This document shows, piece after piece, positions 28,243-37,023 of a stretch of 64,000 nt of DNA. This DNA comes from Candidatus Woesebacteria bacterium. GTDB taxonomy: Bacteria > Patescibacteriota > Microgenomatia > UBA8517. Under the pieces are notes generated by a model, which did not search any database, was not told where the DNA came from, and was given only the letters and a program-made list of their open reading frames with translations. The position numbers and the translations under genes are program-made. How positions within the stretch are numbered: the first letter of the stretch is position 1; each line of letters opens with the position of its first letter. Where the stretch lies: NCBI GenBank assembly GCA_963716475.1, contig OY970314.1, positions 628,790 to 692,789 on the forward strand, written 5' to 3'.

Positions 28243-28623
28243 TCAGTGCTCGGGGGAGGGTTTAAAAGTCAGAGCAAGCGAGTTGATACAATAGCGAAGG
28301 CCGGTGGGCGCGGGGCCGTCGTCAAAAACGTGACCCAGGTGGGCGCCGCAGTGGGCGCAGAGGACTTCCGTCCTTGGAATTATCATACTTCTGTCCGTTT
28401 CCTTTTTGATTACGGAAGGATCCGCCATATCCCAAAATGCCGGCCAGCCGGTTCCCGAATCATATTTTGTATCGGATGAAAACAATTTCTGCCCGCAGGA
28501 AACACAGCGATAGGTACCGGGTTCAAAATGTTTGTAATACTTGCCCGACCCGGGAGGTTCTGTCCCTTTGAGAAAACAAATATTATATTGTTCTTTGGTT
28601 AATTTATTTAACTTTACGGACAT
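28243..28623 (-). CDS. msrB: Peptide methionine (R)-S-oxide reductase
   Basis: GTEPP, KYDSGTGWPAF, HLGHVFDDGP and RYCINS. Confidence 0.97.
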   Translation of the reverse strand: MSVKLNKLTKEQYNICFLKGTEPPGSGKYYKHFEPGTYRCVSCGQKLFSSDTKYDSGTGWPAFWDMADPSVIKKETDRSMIIPRTEVLCAHCGAHLGHVFDDGPAPTGLRYCINSLALTFKPSPEH

Positions 28624-28679
28624 ATCGGTCTCTTATAACAAAAGTTGCTGAAAAGAAGTTGAAGATCCCGGCAGGATAG

Positions 28680-29069
28680 TTATTTTCTTCTGCCCCAGGC
28701 TACGCAATACTTGTGTTTAACCCTACCTGCCACATCGTCTAAAATTTTAGTTGCCTTAGCGTCCATCTTTTCGAATCCGCAACCTCTATAGAAATTATTA
28801 TTCCAAAATAAAGTTAAAGCGATCAGAGTATCCCCCGGGTTAAGATGGTTGAATGCCTCGTCAACCAACCTTCTGCCTATACCGCATTTTCTATATTCCT
28901 TATCAACCGCAAGTGATTGTAAATAAACGTTATTTCCCCTTCTTTCAACTCCGGCGTAGCCAATGATCAGCCCTTCAGGGTTTTCTACAACCCAACCTGT
29001 ATCATATTTATCAATATCTTCCGTGGACAACTTGGCATTCTCAACCACTTCTTTTATACGTTCCTGCAT
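28680..29069 (-). CDS. GNAT family N-acetyltransferase
   Basis: LQSLAVDKEYRKCGIG and FYRGCGF. Confidence 0.85.
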   Translation of the reverse strand: MQERIKEVVENAKLSTEDIDKYDTGWVVENPEGLIIGYAGVERRGNNVYLQSLAVDKEYRKCGIGRRLVDEAFNHLNPGDTLIALTLFWNNNFYRGCGFEKMDAKATKILDDVAGRVKHKYCVAWGRRK

Positions 29070-29170
29070 ACGCGCGAGTATTATATTTCTTTATATAAAA
29101 AATTCAAATCCGAAGGTCAATTTGACTTCTTTTGAATTGGGAGGACAATGTATTTGTAAGAAGATATTTT

Positions 29171-29362
29171 ATGGAACTCTCAACAAGTCTTATCATTTTT
29201 GCTGCAATTGTTATATCCGTTAATAATTTCGTGTTGTTCTATGCCATTAAAAACAACGGGATACATTCGAAAGTACACTCGCCTGGTATGATGATATTTT
29301 TGATTAGTCTTATTGAAATAGTAGCAATTGTAATTTGGGCTTATATCCACTTAAGAAAATAG
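29171..29362 (+). CDS. Small two-TM membrane protein
   Basis: Two hydrophobic helices; ATG at 29171 preferred over the ORF-track start. Confidence 0.45.
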   Translation: MELSTSLIIFAAIVISVNNFVLFYAIKNNGIHSKVHSPGMMIFLISLIEIVAIVIWAYIHLRK

Positions 29363-29396
29363 ATTCTAACATCTTCTATCCCGGGGAGCCAGGAGT

Positions 29397-29807
29397 TTAG
29401 GCGAGGCTGAAGTATTTATCCAAGGCTTTAAAATAATCACTTCCGTCGTCCAACTCTTTGTAGTTGTCCTTATTGGCCCATTTATATTTATTATGTTCGT
29501 CGCTGATTTTTACTACACCAGATTTATATTTACATTTATATCCTATTAAGAACACTTTCTTACCAGCATTTCTATGATTTGGTCCAAATTCAAAATACCA
29601 CCTGGTAAATACGTCTCCAACCTCTATTTCCAAAGTCGTTTCCTCCCTTACTTCTCTTTTTAGTGCCTCATTAAAGTCACTTTCACCCTCTTGAATTTTT
29701 CCTCCTGGATAATCCAATCCTAATATGGGATCAAAAAGCACTAAAACTTCACCGTCTTTATCAATAAATGCTTTTTGACCTACGTAGAAAAGTTTGTCTT
29801 CAGCCAT
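29397..29807 (-). CDS. NUDIX hydrolase
   Basis: PGGKIQEGESDFNEALKREVREETTL Nudix box. Confidence 0.92.
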   Translation of the reverse strand: MAEDKLFYVGQKAFIDKDGEVLVLFDPILGLDYPGGKIQEGESDFNEALKREVREETTLEIEVGDVFTRWYFEFGPNHRNAGKKVFLIGYKCKYKSGVVKISDEHNKYKWANKDNYKELDDGSDYFKALDKYFSLA

Positions 29808-29822
29808 ATCTAGATTCTACCA

Positions 29823-29866
29823 TAATAGGTTCTGAACCTGTCTATTGGTTGATCCCGAATCCAAAG
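29823..29866 (-). repeat. Gene-tail/spacer repeat, copy 1 (copy 2 at 30554-30597)
   Basis: 40/44 identical; both encode FGFGINQ* on the minus strand. Confidence 0.85.
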
Positions 29867-29970
29867 ACAAACATTCTCCATTGGCTAGTCATAGTAGACA
29901 CTTTAGTATCCGAGGCACATGGACACAACTAGGATCGTTGTAGTTATCAAATAGAATAAAAAAATGTACT

Positions 29971-30534
29971 TTACGATGTTCCAGTCCTGTCACCCCAATC
30001 ATCACTCGAAGGTTCAATATGATGCCAAGGCGCACTTATATATGCTTTTGCGAGTATTTCGTCGACTTTATATTTATCTATCCAATCATTTTTTTCTAAT
30101 CGACTATCACCAATAGATATCGCTTCAGATTCGGCATTCACATCTACACGTATCGTGAAGTAATCTGTTCCCTGAATATTCTTATTAAAATCAACCCAAA
30201 AACCCTTCCCCCATACCAGGGTCACATTGCCTTTTGAGAGATTGGACACAATATCATGACGCTCATAATTACCCGACAGAAGTTCGTTATTTATTCTTGA
30301 TAACCCGTCAAGAATACCGCTCTCTTTTAATACTTTATCTGTTTGCTGCAGCACAAATTGCTCTCTTTCCCCTTTTGTTCTTTCCACTTCCTCTTTTGCC
30401 AACTTCTCTTTTCCAGTCGCAACACCCCTTTCTGTTTTCTCTATTGCAACCTGCACCGATTGGGCTTGTTGCATTTGTTTAATTCTCTCTGTTACTGACA
30501 TCTTGACTGCGAGTGTATCACTTTTAGGCTCCAT
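29971..30534 (-). CDS. Hypothetical protein
   Basis: 187-aa ORF; TATAAT lies 5 nt before ATG. Confidence 0.6.
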   Translation of the reverse strand: MEPKSDTLAVKMSVTERIKQMQQAQSVQVAIEKTERGVATGKEKLAKEEVERTKGEREQFVLQQTDKVLKESGILDGLSRINNELLSGNYERHDIVSNLSKGNVTLVWGKGFWVDFNKNIQGTDYFTIRVDVNAESEAISIGDSRLEKNDWIDKYKVDEILAKAYISAPWHHIEPSSDDWGDRTGTS

Positions 30535-30597
30535 GTCAAATTATAGGATAGAGTAATAGCTTCTGAATCTGTCTATTGGTTGATCCCAAATCCGAAG

Positions 30598-30670
30598 CCC
30601 AACCCGTATCATATTTATCAATATCTTCCATGGACAATCCGGCATTCTCGACAACCTCTTTTATACGCTC
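30598..30670 (-). pseudogene. 5' fragment of a GNAT allele paralogous to 28680..29069
   Basis: ERIKEVVENAGLSMEDIDKYDTGW versus ERIKEVVENAKLSTEDIDKYDTGW (28991-29063). Confidence 0.85.
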
Positions 30671-30688
30671 ATTGATGGAGAAATAAAA

Positions 30689-31267
30689 TTAACCCTGCGT
30701 TATTACACCAGCCGGTCCAGGGGGTTTAGTAGCCCAATCTATAACATTAGCCATAATTTTAACCAATATTTCTTGGGGATCTGTTCCAGCCATCCCACCA
30801 CCTAAACTTGCATGCTCCCAGTATGTACCCTTCCAGTCCTTCGGATCACCCTGAACTGTATATTCCGTCTGAGAATAATTGTTTAAAAAAGGATGAAAAT
30901 GCGTTTCAATACGAATATTTTTACCAAGAAGTGATACTTCATGTACTTTAGGTTCCTGAATTTTATTAGAATATTCCAAGCTTTCCTTTGAATGAACTAC
31001 CAGCCAATTTTCGTCTTTAGTTATTAAAAGTCTCGCACCCTTTTCCGCCATATCCTTTAAAAATACAGGATATTTTTTTAAATCCTTTACTTCTTTTCTG
31101 ACTTTTGCAGACGCCGGATTATCGAAGAACGGTTTCATATCCCCCTCTAAAAAACGATACGGGGTTCTAATAACTTGCCCGTCTCCTTTAAATAGATCAC
31201 CCTGAACTTTTATAGATACAACCAATGAGTCCAAAAACTCGGAACCCTTTGAATGTTCTCTGTGCAT
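30689..31267 (-). CDS. Hypothetical protein
   Basis: 192-aa ORF. Confidence 0.6.
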   Translation of the reverse strand: MHREHSKGSEFLDSLVVSIKVQGDLFKGDGQVIRTPYRFLEGDMKPFFDNPASAKVRKEVKDLKKYPVFLKDMAEKGARLLITKDENWLVVHSKESLEYSNKIQEPKVHEVSLLGKNIRIETHFHPFLNNYSQTEYTVQGDPKDWKGTYWEHASLGGGMAGTDPQEILVKIMANVIDWATKPPGPAGVITQG

Positions 31268-31309
31268 ATCTAAGCGAGGACTTTATCACCTGAAACGTCG
31301 ATTTGCAAG

Positions 31310-31954
31310 TTAATTCGCTTTTGTTTTTACGGGTTTGAGATACACGTAAATTATGGAGCCGAGGAAAAGAACAAACGGGATTAGTACAATAAGGAAATAA
31401 ATATGGTGACCCCCGAAAAGCTGCACTGTTTTAATGCCTATCCTTTGCCCCAGTCCGAGATATAAAGGAATCCAGAGAATAACGGATATAAAGGTACTGA
31501 TGATAAAAGTTTTATAAGAAACCTTGGATATGCCGGAAAATACGGTAACCGGAATCCTGAATCCCGGAATATGACGGCCTAAAATAATTACAATCGGCCC
31601 GTATTTTTTAAAATTCGCCTCAACCAGGGCTATTTTTTTGGTATCCAGATGCATCAGACGGCCGAATTTGGTTACAATTTTATCGCCAAACTTTGAGGAC
31701 AAATAAAAAAGAAAAGATGAACCGATTAGAACCGAAATAAGGATAAGTATAAAGGCAAAAATATACGGGAACGTTCCGGTGGACACCTCATAACCCGTAT
31801 AGGCGATAATAAAATCCCCGGGAACAGGGAGCGGAATCCCCGCCTCCTCCAATATAATAAGAAAAATAGGCGCGAGTGCTCCGCTATGGGTAGCAAACGT
31901 CTCAACTACATCAGTGAATGGATCAACAATATAATTGGCAAAGAAATTAAACAT
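31310..31954 (-). CDS. DedA family membrane protein
   Basis: EEAGIPLPVPGD and GRHIPGFR motifs. Confidence 0.9.
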   Translation of the reverse strand: MFNFFANYIVDPFTDVVETFATHSGALAPIFLIILEEAGIPLPVPGDFIIAYTGYEVSTGTFPYIFAFILILISVLIGSSFLFYLSSKFGDKIVTKFGRLMHLDTKKIALVEANFKKYGPIVIILGRHIPGFRIPVTVFSGISKVSYKTFIISTFISVILWIPLYLGLGQRIGIKTVQLFGGHHIYFLIVLIPFVLFLGSIIYVYLKPVKTKAN

Positions 31955-32013
31955 TTCTCCGTATCTAGAAGTAGTTTATCACCTTGAGATCAAATGACTG
32001 AAAGGAAAGACTG

Positions 32014-32556
32014 TTAATCTTTATTCGCTAAGGTAAAAATGTTACTTTCGGGGTCTCTTTCCAAACGTCTTATATTTATCTGGTCAACTTGATAATTTTG
32101 AGGCGACAAGGTGTCCAAAATGACATACCCGTTATGGGTATGCTTTTTTGCAAAATAAATTATATCCTCTACCTTTTCGGAATCCGACGTTAACATACTA
32201 AAGTCAAACTGCCGGTAATCTTCACCAAGCGCTCTTACCGATTCTACAAAAAGCCAAACCTCATGCGGACCGATAACCAGATCTTTAAAGTCTCCGTCTG
32301 TACCCGGTTTTTTTAAGCAATTTTCAAGCCCGTACCACACTTCTTTCGGAGAATGTTTTCTTAAAGAAGAATATATTTCAAATGCATAATTCTGCCAATA
32401 ATCAGGTGACGGATTAAAATCCGTCATGTCAAATTCTTCTTTAACAGGTTCTGTTTTCTTGGCTATAGTCTGCAGACGCAAAAAAACCTCTTCCGGATTC
32501 ATACACCAACCGGCTTCCAATTCCTGCTTCCAATGTTGCTCCAATTGCTCCTTCAT
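32014..32556 (-). CDS. Hypothetical protein
   Basis: 180-aa ORF. Confidence 0.55.
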   Translation of the reverse strand: MKEQLEQHWKQELEAGWCMNPEEVFLRLQTIAKKTEPVKEEFDMTDFNPSPDYWQNYAFEIYSSLRKHSPKEVWYGLENCLKKPGTDGDFKDLVIGPHEVWLFVESVRALGEDYRQFDFSMLTSDSEKVEDIIYFAKKHTHNGYVILDTLSPQNYQVDQINIRRLERDPESNIFTLANKD

Positions 32557-32598
32557 ATTATAGGTAATGGTATTTTACTCCATTTGTCAAATAAATGC

Positions 32599-33306
32599 CT
32601 ATTTATCGGCTATTTTGTCCAAAACGGGGGTATTTGTCCGGGATAAACGTCCGGCTGCGGTTCTAAGGGCAGCTTGCCCCATAAAGTGCACCGTATCGGC
32701 GATAACCGTCAGATCCCTCCAGAGTGATGCGTTATAAACATACTCCATATCAATCTCTGCCTTTTTCGGAAAATCATTATCACCCAAGGCACGCTGCACA
32801 CGCGGGTTGACCGAAAATCCAGGCAATGCCGAGAAAATAGCTGATTCCCACTCAGGAAAGATTTCCGGAAAATCATTTTTTAATTTTTGCAGATCCTCTT
32901 TCGGATACGGACGGGGGCCGACTATACTCATTTCACCGGCAAGAACGTTGAGCAATTGCGGTATTTCGTTTGCTCCGATGCTCCGAAAACAGATTTTCTT
33001 ATAAACCGAAAGAACACGCGGATCATCGTCTTCCCGCTCTTTGCCGCCAAGCAGAATCTGTTTTTGCGCAAGCTCGGATTGTTCCGCACCGACACTCATG
33101 GTTTCAAACTTACGCATTCTAAACTCGGTTTTGTTGAGTCCCAGTCTCTGAAATTGATACAACACGGGTAACTGATATGAACGGTTAATACCATAAACTA
33201 TGGGCCATATTGGGCACGTAAGGCCCAGCCCCCCTGAGGCTACCGCAATATCCAGTGTGCGTTTGGCCGGGCTATGCAGATATGGTGACGGCTCTCTTTC
33301 AATCAT
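32599..33306 (-). CDS. Bacterial sugar (phosphoglycosyl) transferase
   Basis: KRTLDI, KFETM, DDPRV and EIPQLLNVLAGEMSIVGPRP. Confidence 0.9.
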   Translation of the reverse strand: MIEREPSPYLHSPAKRTLDIAVASGGLGLTCPIWPIVYGINRSYQLPVLYQFQRLGLNKTEFRMRKFETMSVGAEQSELAQKQILLGGKEREDDDPRVLSVYKKICFRSIGANEIPQLLNVLAGEMSIVGPRPYPKEDLQKLKNDFPEIFPEWESAIFSALPGFSVNPRVQRALGDNDFPKKAEIDMEYVYNASLWRDLTVIADTVHFMGQAALRTAAGRLSRTNTPVLDKIADK

Positions 33307-33418
33307 GTTCCAAAATATTCGAACCTGTGATCATACCATATAATTGTTTAAATTTCACATTATAGGTAGAAACGCGCGATAATTGGGGGTATACGCTATT
33401 GGGGCTCGTAAGAACTAT

Positions 33419-33766
33419 TTACAAACCCAGATTTTGGTAACTGTTAATCTGTGAGTTTACCGCCGTGTTTATTTGGTTAACCCAGCCGGTTAAAAGCCAT
33501 GTGGTAATAACCACCGAAATAATGGTCAAAATTATTGCAATAGCACCGATTGTTTTGGCAGTTTTAGCGTTTTGTCTTAAATATTTTACTCCGGGCCAAA
33601 GACCCAGTGGCGGAAGGAAAATACTGGTTGCATAGATTCCGATCTGTGTCAGTACCGAAGTAGAAGCCGGTGCCGGTTTAAGGTTTTTCCCGCAATTCGG
33701 GCAAAAATAATAGGAGTCTGCCACCGGGTTATGACAGGTAGGACAAAGTTTTTGTTCCGGATTCAT
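33419..33766 (-). CDS. Zinc-ribbon membrane protein
   Basis: CPTC...FCPNCG followed by two TM segments. Confidence 0.75.
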   Translation of the reverse strand: MNPEQKLCPTCHNPVADSYYFCPNCGKNLKPAPASTSVLTQIGIYATSIFLPPLGLWPGVKYLRQNAKTAKTIGAIAIILTIISVVITTWLLTGWVNQINTAVNSQINSYQNLGL

Positions 33767-33843
33767 TGACTAAGCATCTCACTCCGACTAAAACATTGTC
33801 AAGCCGGATAGAATGGTATGATATATCAACCTTACGGTACAAA

Positions 33844-34152
33844 ATGATTGTTTTAAAGGTTAAACTCTACTCGAGCATAAAAGACCGTACTATCGGACTT
33901 ATTGGTCATAAAAATCCGGAACCGGTAATGTTTTTGACAAGATTCGGAATCCACACTTTCGGGGTAGGGTTTCCTTTGGATATTGTTGTACTGAATAATA
34001 AAAACGTAGTTGTAAAACTTGAGAAGGAGCTTAAACCGAACCGTTTTTTCTTCTGGCCGGTAAAATATAAGAAAGTTCTCGAACTTCCGTCAGGGTATAT
34101 TGTCAAGAACGGGATTAAATGCGGAAGTGAAATAGACCTGACTATACTTTAG
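33844..34152 (+). CDS. DUF192 family protein
   Basis: IHTFGVGFPLDIVVL and VLELPSG motifs. Confidence 0.85.
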   Translation: MIVLKVKLYSSIKDRTIGLIGHKNPEPVMFLTRFGIHTFGVGFPLDIVVLNNKNVVVKLEKELKPNRFFFWPVKYKKVLELPSGYIVKNGIKCGSEIDLTIL

Positions 34153-34415
34153 TCGTCTTCCCCGCCCCTGACTCCGTTTATTGAAGGAACCACAGTTGGA
34201 GACCGTACCGGTACGCCGGTCGGTGTGAGAGTTGGTGTAGGAGAATCTGTAGAGCCGGGTGTTTCGGAATTTGCCGGCAAGGTTGCGGCGGCACCGGCTA
34301 CCTGTTCATTCCCCTCTTTATCAAATCCTCCGCGCTCAAAAATCATAAACCCAGAAGCAACCAGCAAAAAAATAACTATCGCATATGGTATAAACCTCAC
34401 AAAATCTTTTTTCAT
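34149..34415 (-). CDS. Small membrane-anchored Pro/Thr-rich protein
   Basis: N-terminal TM, PT-rich tail and acidic end GGEDD. Confidence 0.6.
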   Translation of the reverse strand: MKKDFVRFIPYAIVIFLLVASGFMIFERGGFDKEGNEQVAGAAATLPANSETPGSTDSPTPTLTPTGVPVRSPTVVPSINGVRGGEDD

Positions 34416-34478
34416 TTAGTCCTCTTCACCGGAATGATATTAAACCAAACTTAATTTGAGCTGAAACAAAAAGAGAGG

Positions 34479-35090
34479 TTATCTGATTTGCCTATATATC
34501 TCGTACCAATTCTTGGTTATCTCCTGCTGCGCCTGAGTTAGAGTTATATTCCCGGCACAAATCTGCGCATGAAGATAGTTTTCCACTTTATCCTTTTCAT
34601 TAACAGACGGGTGAGGTTCCGGCCAGAGGTTTGCAGGATCTTTGGGACTACCGCCAAGCTCGAGAGAAATAAAATGGTCTTCTTCATAATCGCTCATGTT
34701 GGCGTCTATATATCCGTAGTCAACGATCTGTTGTTTTTTCAGAGCATTGGTATATGAAACGGACGGACGTACTGTTTGTGTGTACCCCGAGCGGCATATT
34801 GTTATTGCAATATTATCCTGTGTTACACCTGAATCGATTACTCCGGGAGTACATAAAGGGTCCGGAAGAAAAGATTGCGGATCCGAAGAGTCAACCTGAA
34901 ATGCATGGCATTTACCTGAATTTGATGATGTACCCAAAATACTGTTTTCCGGGGCAGGTGAAGGAGAAACCGAAACATTCTGAATTAATTGCTCCCTACC
35001 GAATAAATAGAATAACGTTCCGATAACTACAGCACTTAGAATAATAAAAGAGAGCGGGTTTTGCCTGAATTTATATGATGGCGGATTCAT
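34479..35090 (-). CDS. Membrane-anchored HNH-like nuclease domain protein
   Basis: TM; YEEDHFISLELGG..DP.NLWPEP...KDKVEN.LH. Confidence 0.65.
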   Translation of the reverse strand: MNPPSYKFRQNPLSFIILSAVVIGTLFYLFGREQLIQNVSVSPSPAPENSILGTSSNSGKCHAFQVDSSDPQSFLPDPLCTPGVIDSGVTQDNIAITICRSGYTQTVRPSVSYTNALKKQQIVDYGYIDANMSDYEEDHFISLELGGSPKDPANLWPEPHPSVNEKDKVENYLHAQICAGNITLTQAQQEITKNWYEIYRQIR

Positions 35091-35115
35091 TTTTTTTCAT
35101 AGCAACCGCAATTTA

Positions 35116-35508
35116 TTATTTTGAAGGACACGCTGCGCTTACTGCAGTTTTAACTGCTTCCGGAATCTTGCCGGAGGAGTGATACTCCATATAAAGCTTT
35201 GCCAGGTCCGCGTCAGAATAGTGTGCACCCAAATAATCGGCCGCGCATGAACATTCCGAGGTGCTACCGTAGCCGAGAGTTTTGACACAGTCACTCATAA
35301 AATCTGACCTTACTTTGGCCCGATAGGCAGCCGTAATGCCTGTCGTACTTGCCTCCGGACTCGGGCTTTGGGTCGGAGAAGCAGTTTGTGAAGGGTTAAT
35401 CGCCGGGTGTGTTGGGGAATTGTTTTTGGCAATTAAAAAACCAACGACGGCGGTAACAAATATTACAACTACTATAACTATTCCTAAATTGCGGCCGGAT
35501 ATTTTCAC
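35116..35508 (-). CDS. Membrane-anchored Cys-containing hypothetical protein
   Basis: TM, S/P/T linker and FMSDC...CSCA...C. Confidence 0.6.
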   Translation of the reverse strand: MKISGRNLGIVIVVVIFVTAVVGFLIAKNNSPTHPAINPSQTASPTQSPSPEASTTGITAAYRAKVRSDFMSDCVKTLGYGSTSECSCAADYLGAHYSDADLAKLYMEYHSSGKIPEAVKTAVSAACPSK

Positions 35509-35614
35509 GCTGTTTCAGAAGTATGTTAACGTTAATCTACTCATTTTACAATATAGGGATTTACCTACTTTTAGCCGGACACAATAGGACTGTCAAAAGC
35601 GTATAATTATCCTC

Positions 35615-35989
35615 ATGAAACCGAAGGAATATATTGATAAGCTTATTGCGGGGTTAACCGATTGGCGCGGAAAGACAATGGCCGGGATCCGGAGGGTCAT
35701 CCTTACTGCAGATCCGGAGATCGTCGAGGAATGGAAATGGATGGGCACTCCAACCTGGTCACATGGCGGAATAGTTTGTCTGGCCAATCCCTTTAAAGAT
35801 AAGGTGAAGCTGACGTTTCCCGAAGGTGCGAGTATCGCGGACCCGGATAAGCTCTTCAATAACGGCCTGACAGGCAAGAAGTGGAGGACAATCGACTATT
35901 TCAAAGACAATAAAATTAAAGAGAGGGAACTTACGGTCTTGGTTCGCTCCGCCGTCGCCCACAACCTTACTAAGAAATCAGCAAAATAA
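35615..35989 (+). CDS. DUF1801 (YdhG-like) protein
   Basis: EEWKWMGTPTW and LTFPEGASIADPDKLFN. Confidence 0.88.
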   Translation: MKPKEYIDKLIAGLTDWRGKTMAGIRRVILTADPEIVEEWKWMGTPTWSHGGIVCLANPFKDKVKLTFPEGASIADPDKLFNNGLTGKKWRTIDYFKDNKIKERELTVLVRSAVAHNLTKKSAK

Positions 35990-36005
35990 TCTACGGGGTT
36001 ATGCC

Positions 36006-36027
36006 GGACACCTTGGACTATATTGGA
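36006..36027 (+). repeat. 22-bp direct repeat (second copy 36388-36409)
   Basis: ggacacct(t/g)ggactatattgga, 21/22 identical. Confidence 0.8.
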
Positions 36028-36095
36028 TCTTTATATCTTCGCCAATACGTCAGATCCCGCGATAGTAGAAAGAGTGGAATACATTTCGATGGATG

Positions 36096-36287
36096 TCAAT
36101 CACAGATCGCTCCACTTGGGCAACAACAAGGACCCACCTTGCACATCGTTAAATATTCACCCTTTTTACACCTTTTTATTATTTGTTGGTTAAGAGAGTC
36201 AGAATTAATTCTGCAAGATAGAAGGACCGAAAAAAAACCAAGAACTAAACAAATTACAACTAACAATGGTTTCATTTTCTGCATCAT
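36096..36287 (-). CDS. Small secreted Cys-rich peptide
   Basis: Signal-like N-terminus; C-terminal CKKGEYLTMCKVGPCCCPSGAICD. Confidence 0.5.
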   Translation of the reverse strand: MMQKMKPLLVVICLVLGFFSVLLSCRINSDSLNQQIIKRCKKGEYLTMCKVGPCCCPSGAICD

Positions 36288-36414
36288 ACCTAGAATACCT
36301 TATTCTATAATCAAAAAATGCTTTGTGTCAAATTGATCTTTTTGGCGGTTTATACGAATAACTGATTTTAGGCTAAAATTCCGGGCTGGACACCTGGGAC
36401 TATATTGGAACTTA

Positions 36415-36663
36415 TTATTTGACTTTACCGATATTATCAACAATAAATTGAAAAGTTTGGAGTTGAAAATTCCATAAATCTCCCAAATTGCCTCCTTGCC
36501 AAATAAATTCACCTATGGATCTAATACCCAGCTCTCTTTGTGAAGAAGAAAGTTCTGCAATAACCCTTTGACGCGATTCCGTTGCCGGTTGTCCCAGAGT
36601 TACCTTAACCCCCATACTTTTTGCCTGGCTGTCTTTAATTGAAAAAAGTTCTCTTTCTTCCAT
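36415..36663 (-). CDS. Hypothetical protein
   Basis: 82-aa ORF with a TTGACA-17-TATTAT promoter. Confidence 0.55.
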   Translation of the reverse strand: MEERELFSIKDSQAKSMGVKVTLGQPATESRQRVIAELSSSQRELGIRSIGEFIWQGGNLGDLWNFQLQTFQFIVDNIGKVK

Positions 36664-37023
36664 TTATGGGAAGATAATACCTTCATTTAAATTATCTGTC
36701 AATTTAATCACAAATTCAGAACCTATTTTTGTCGTCCATTACCCCTTGTTACGATTTTCTTGGATAACGAGCGTGTGGTCACATGGCCACCCGTGTTGGC
36801 TGGCATCATGGTCTAGGACCATTCGATCCTATAAGCGTAGCTTGGCACTGCTCTGAGCATTGTAACCGCTTAAGAGTGGTGTATCACCCTAAGGCTAAAT
36901 GAGACATTATAAAAATGGTGTCCTATGTTTGAGGCTAATAACTTATGGGTAGAGTAATAGAGTTTGTTAGGAATCTTTTTGTTTGCTACAACGATCAGTG
37001 AAATATCACTTTTTAATTCTTTA

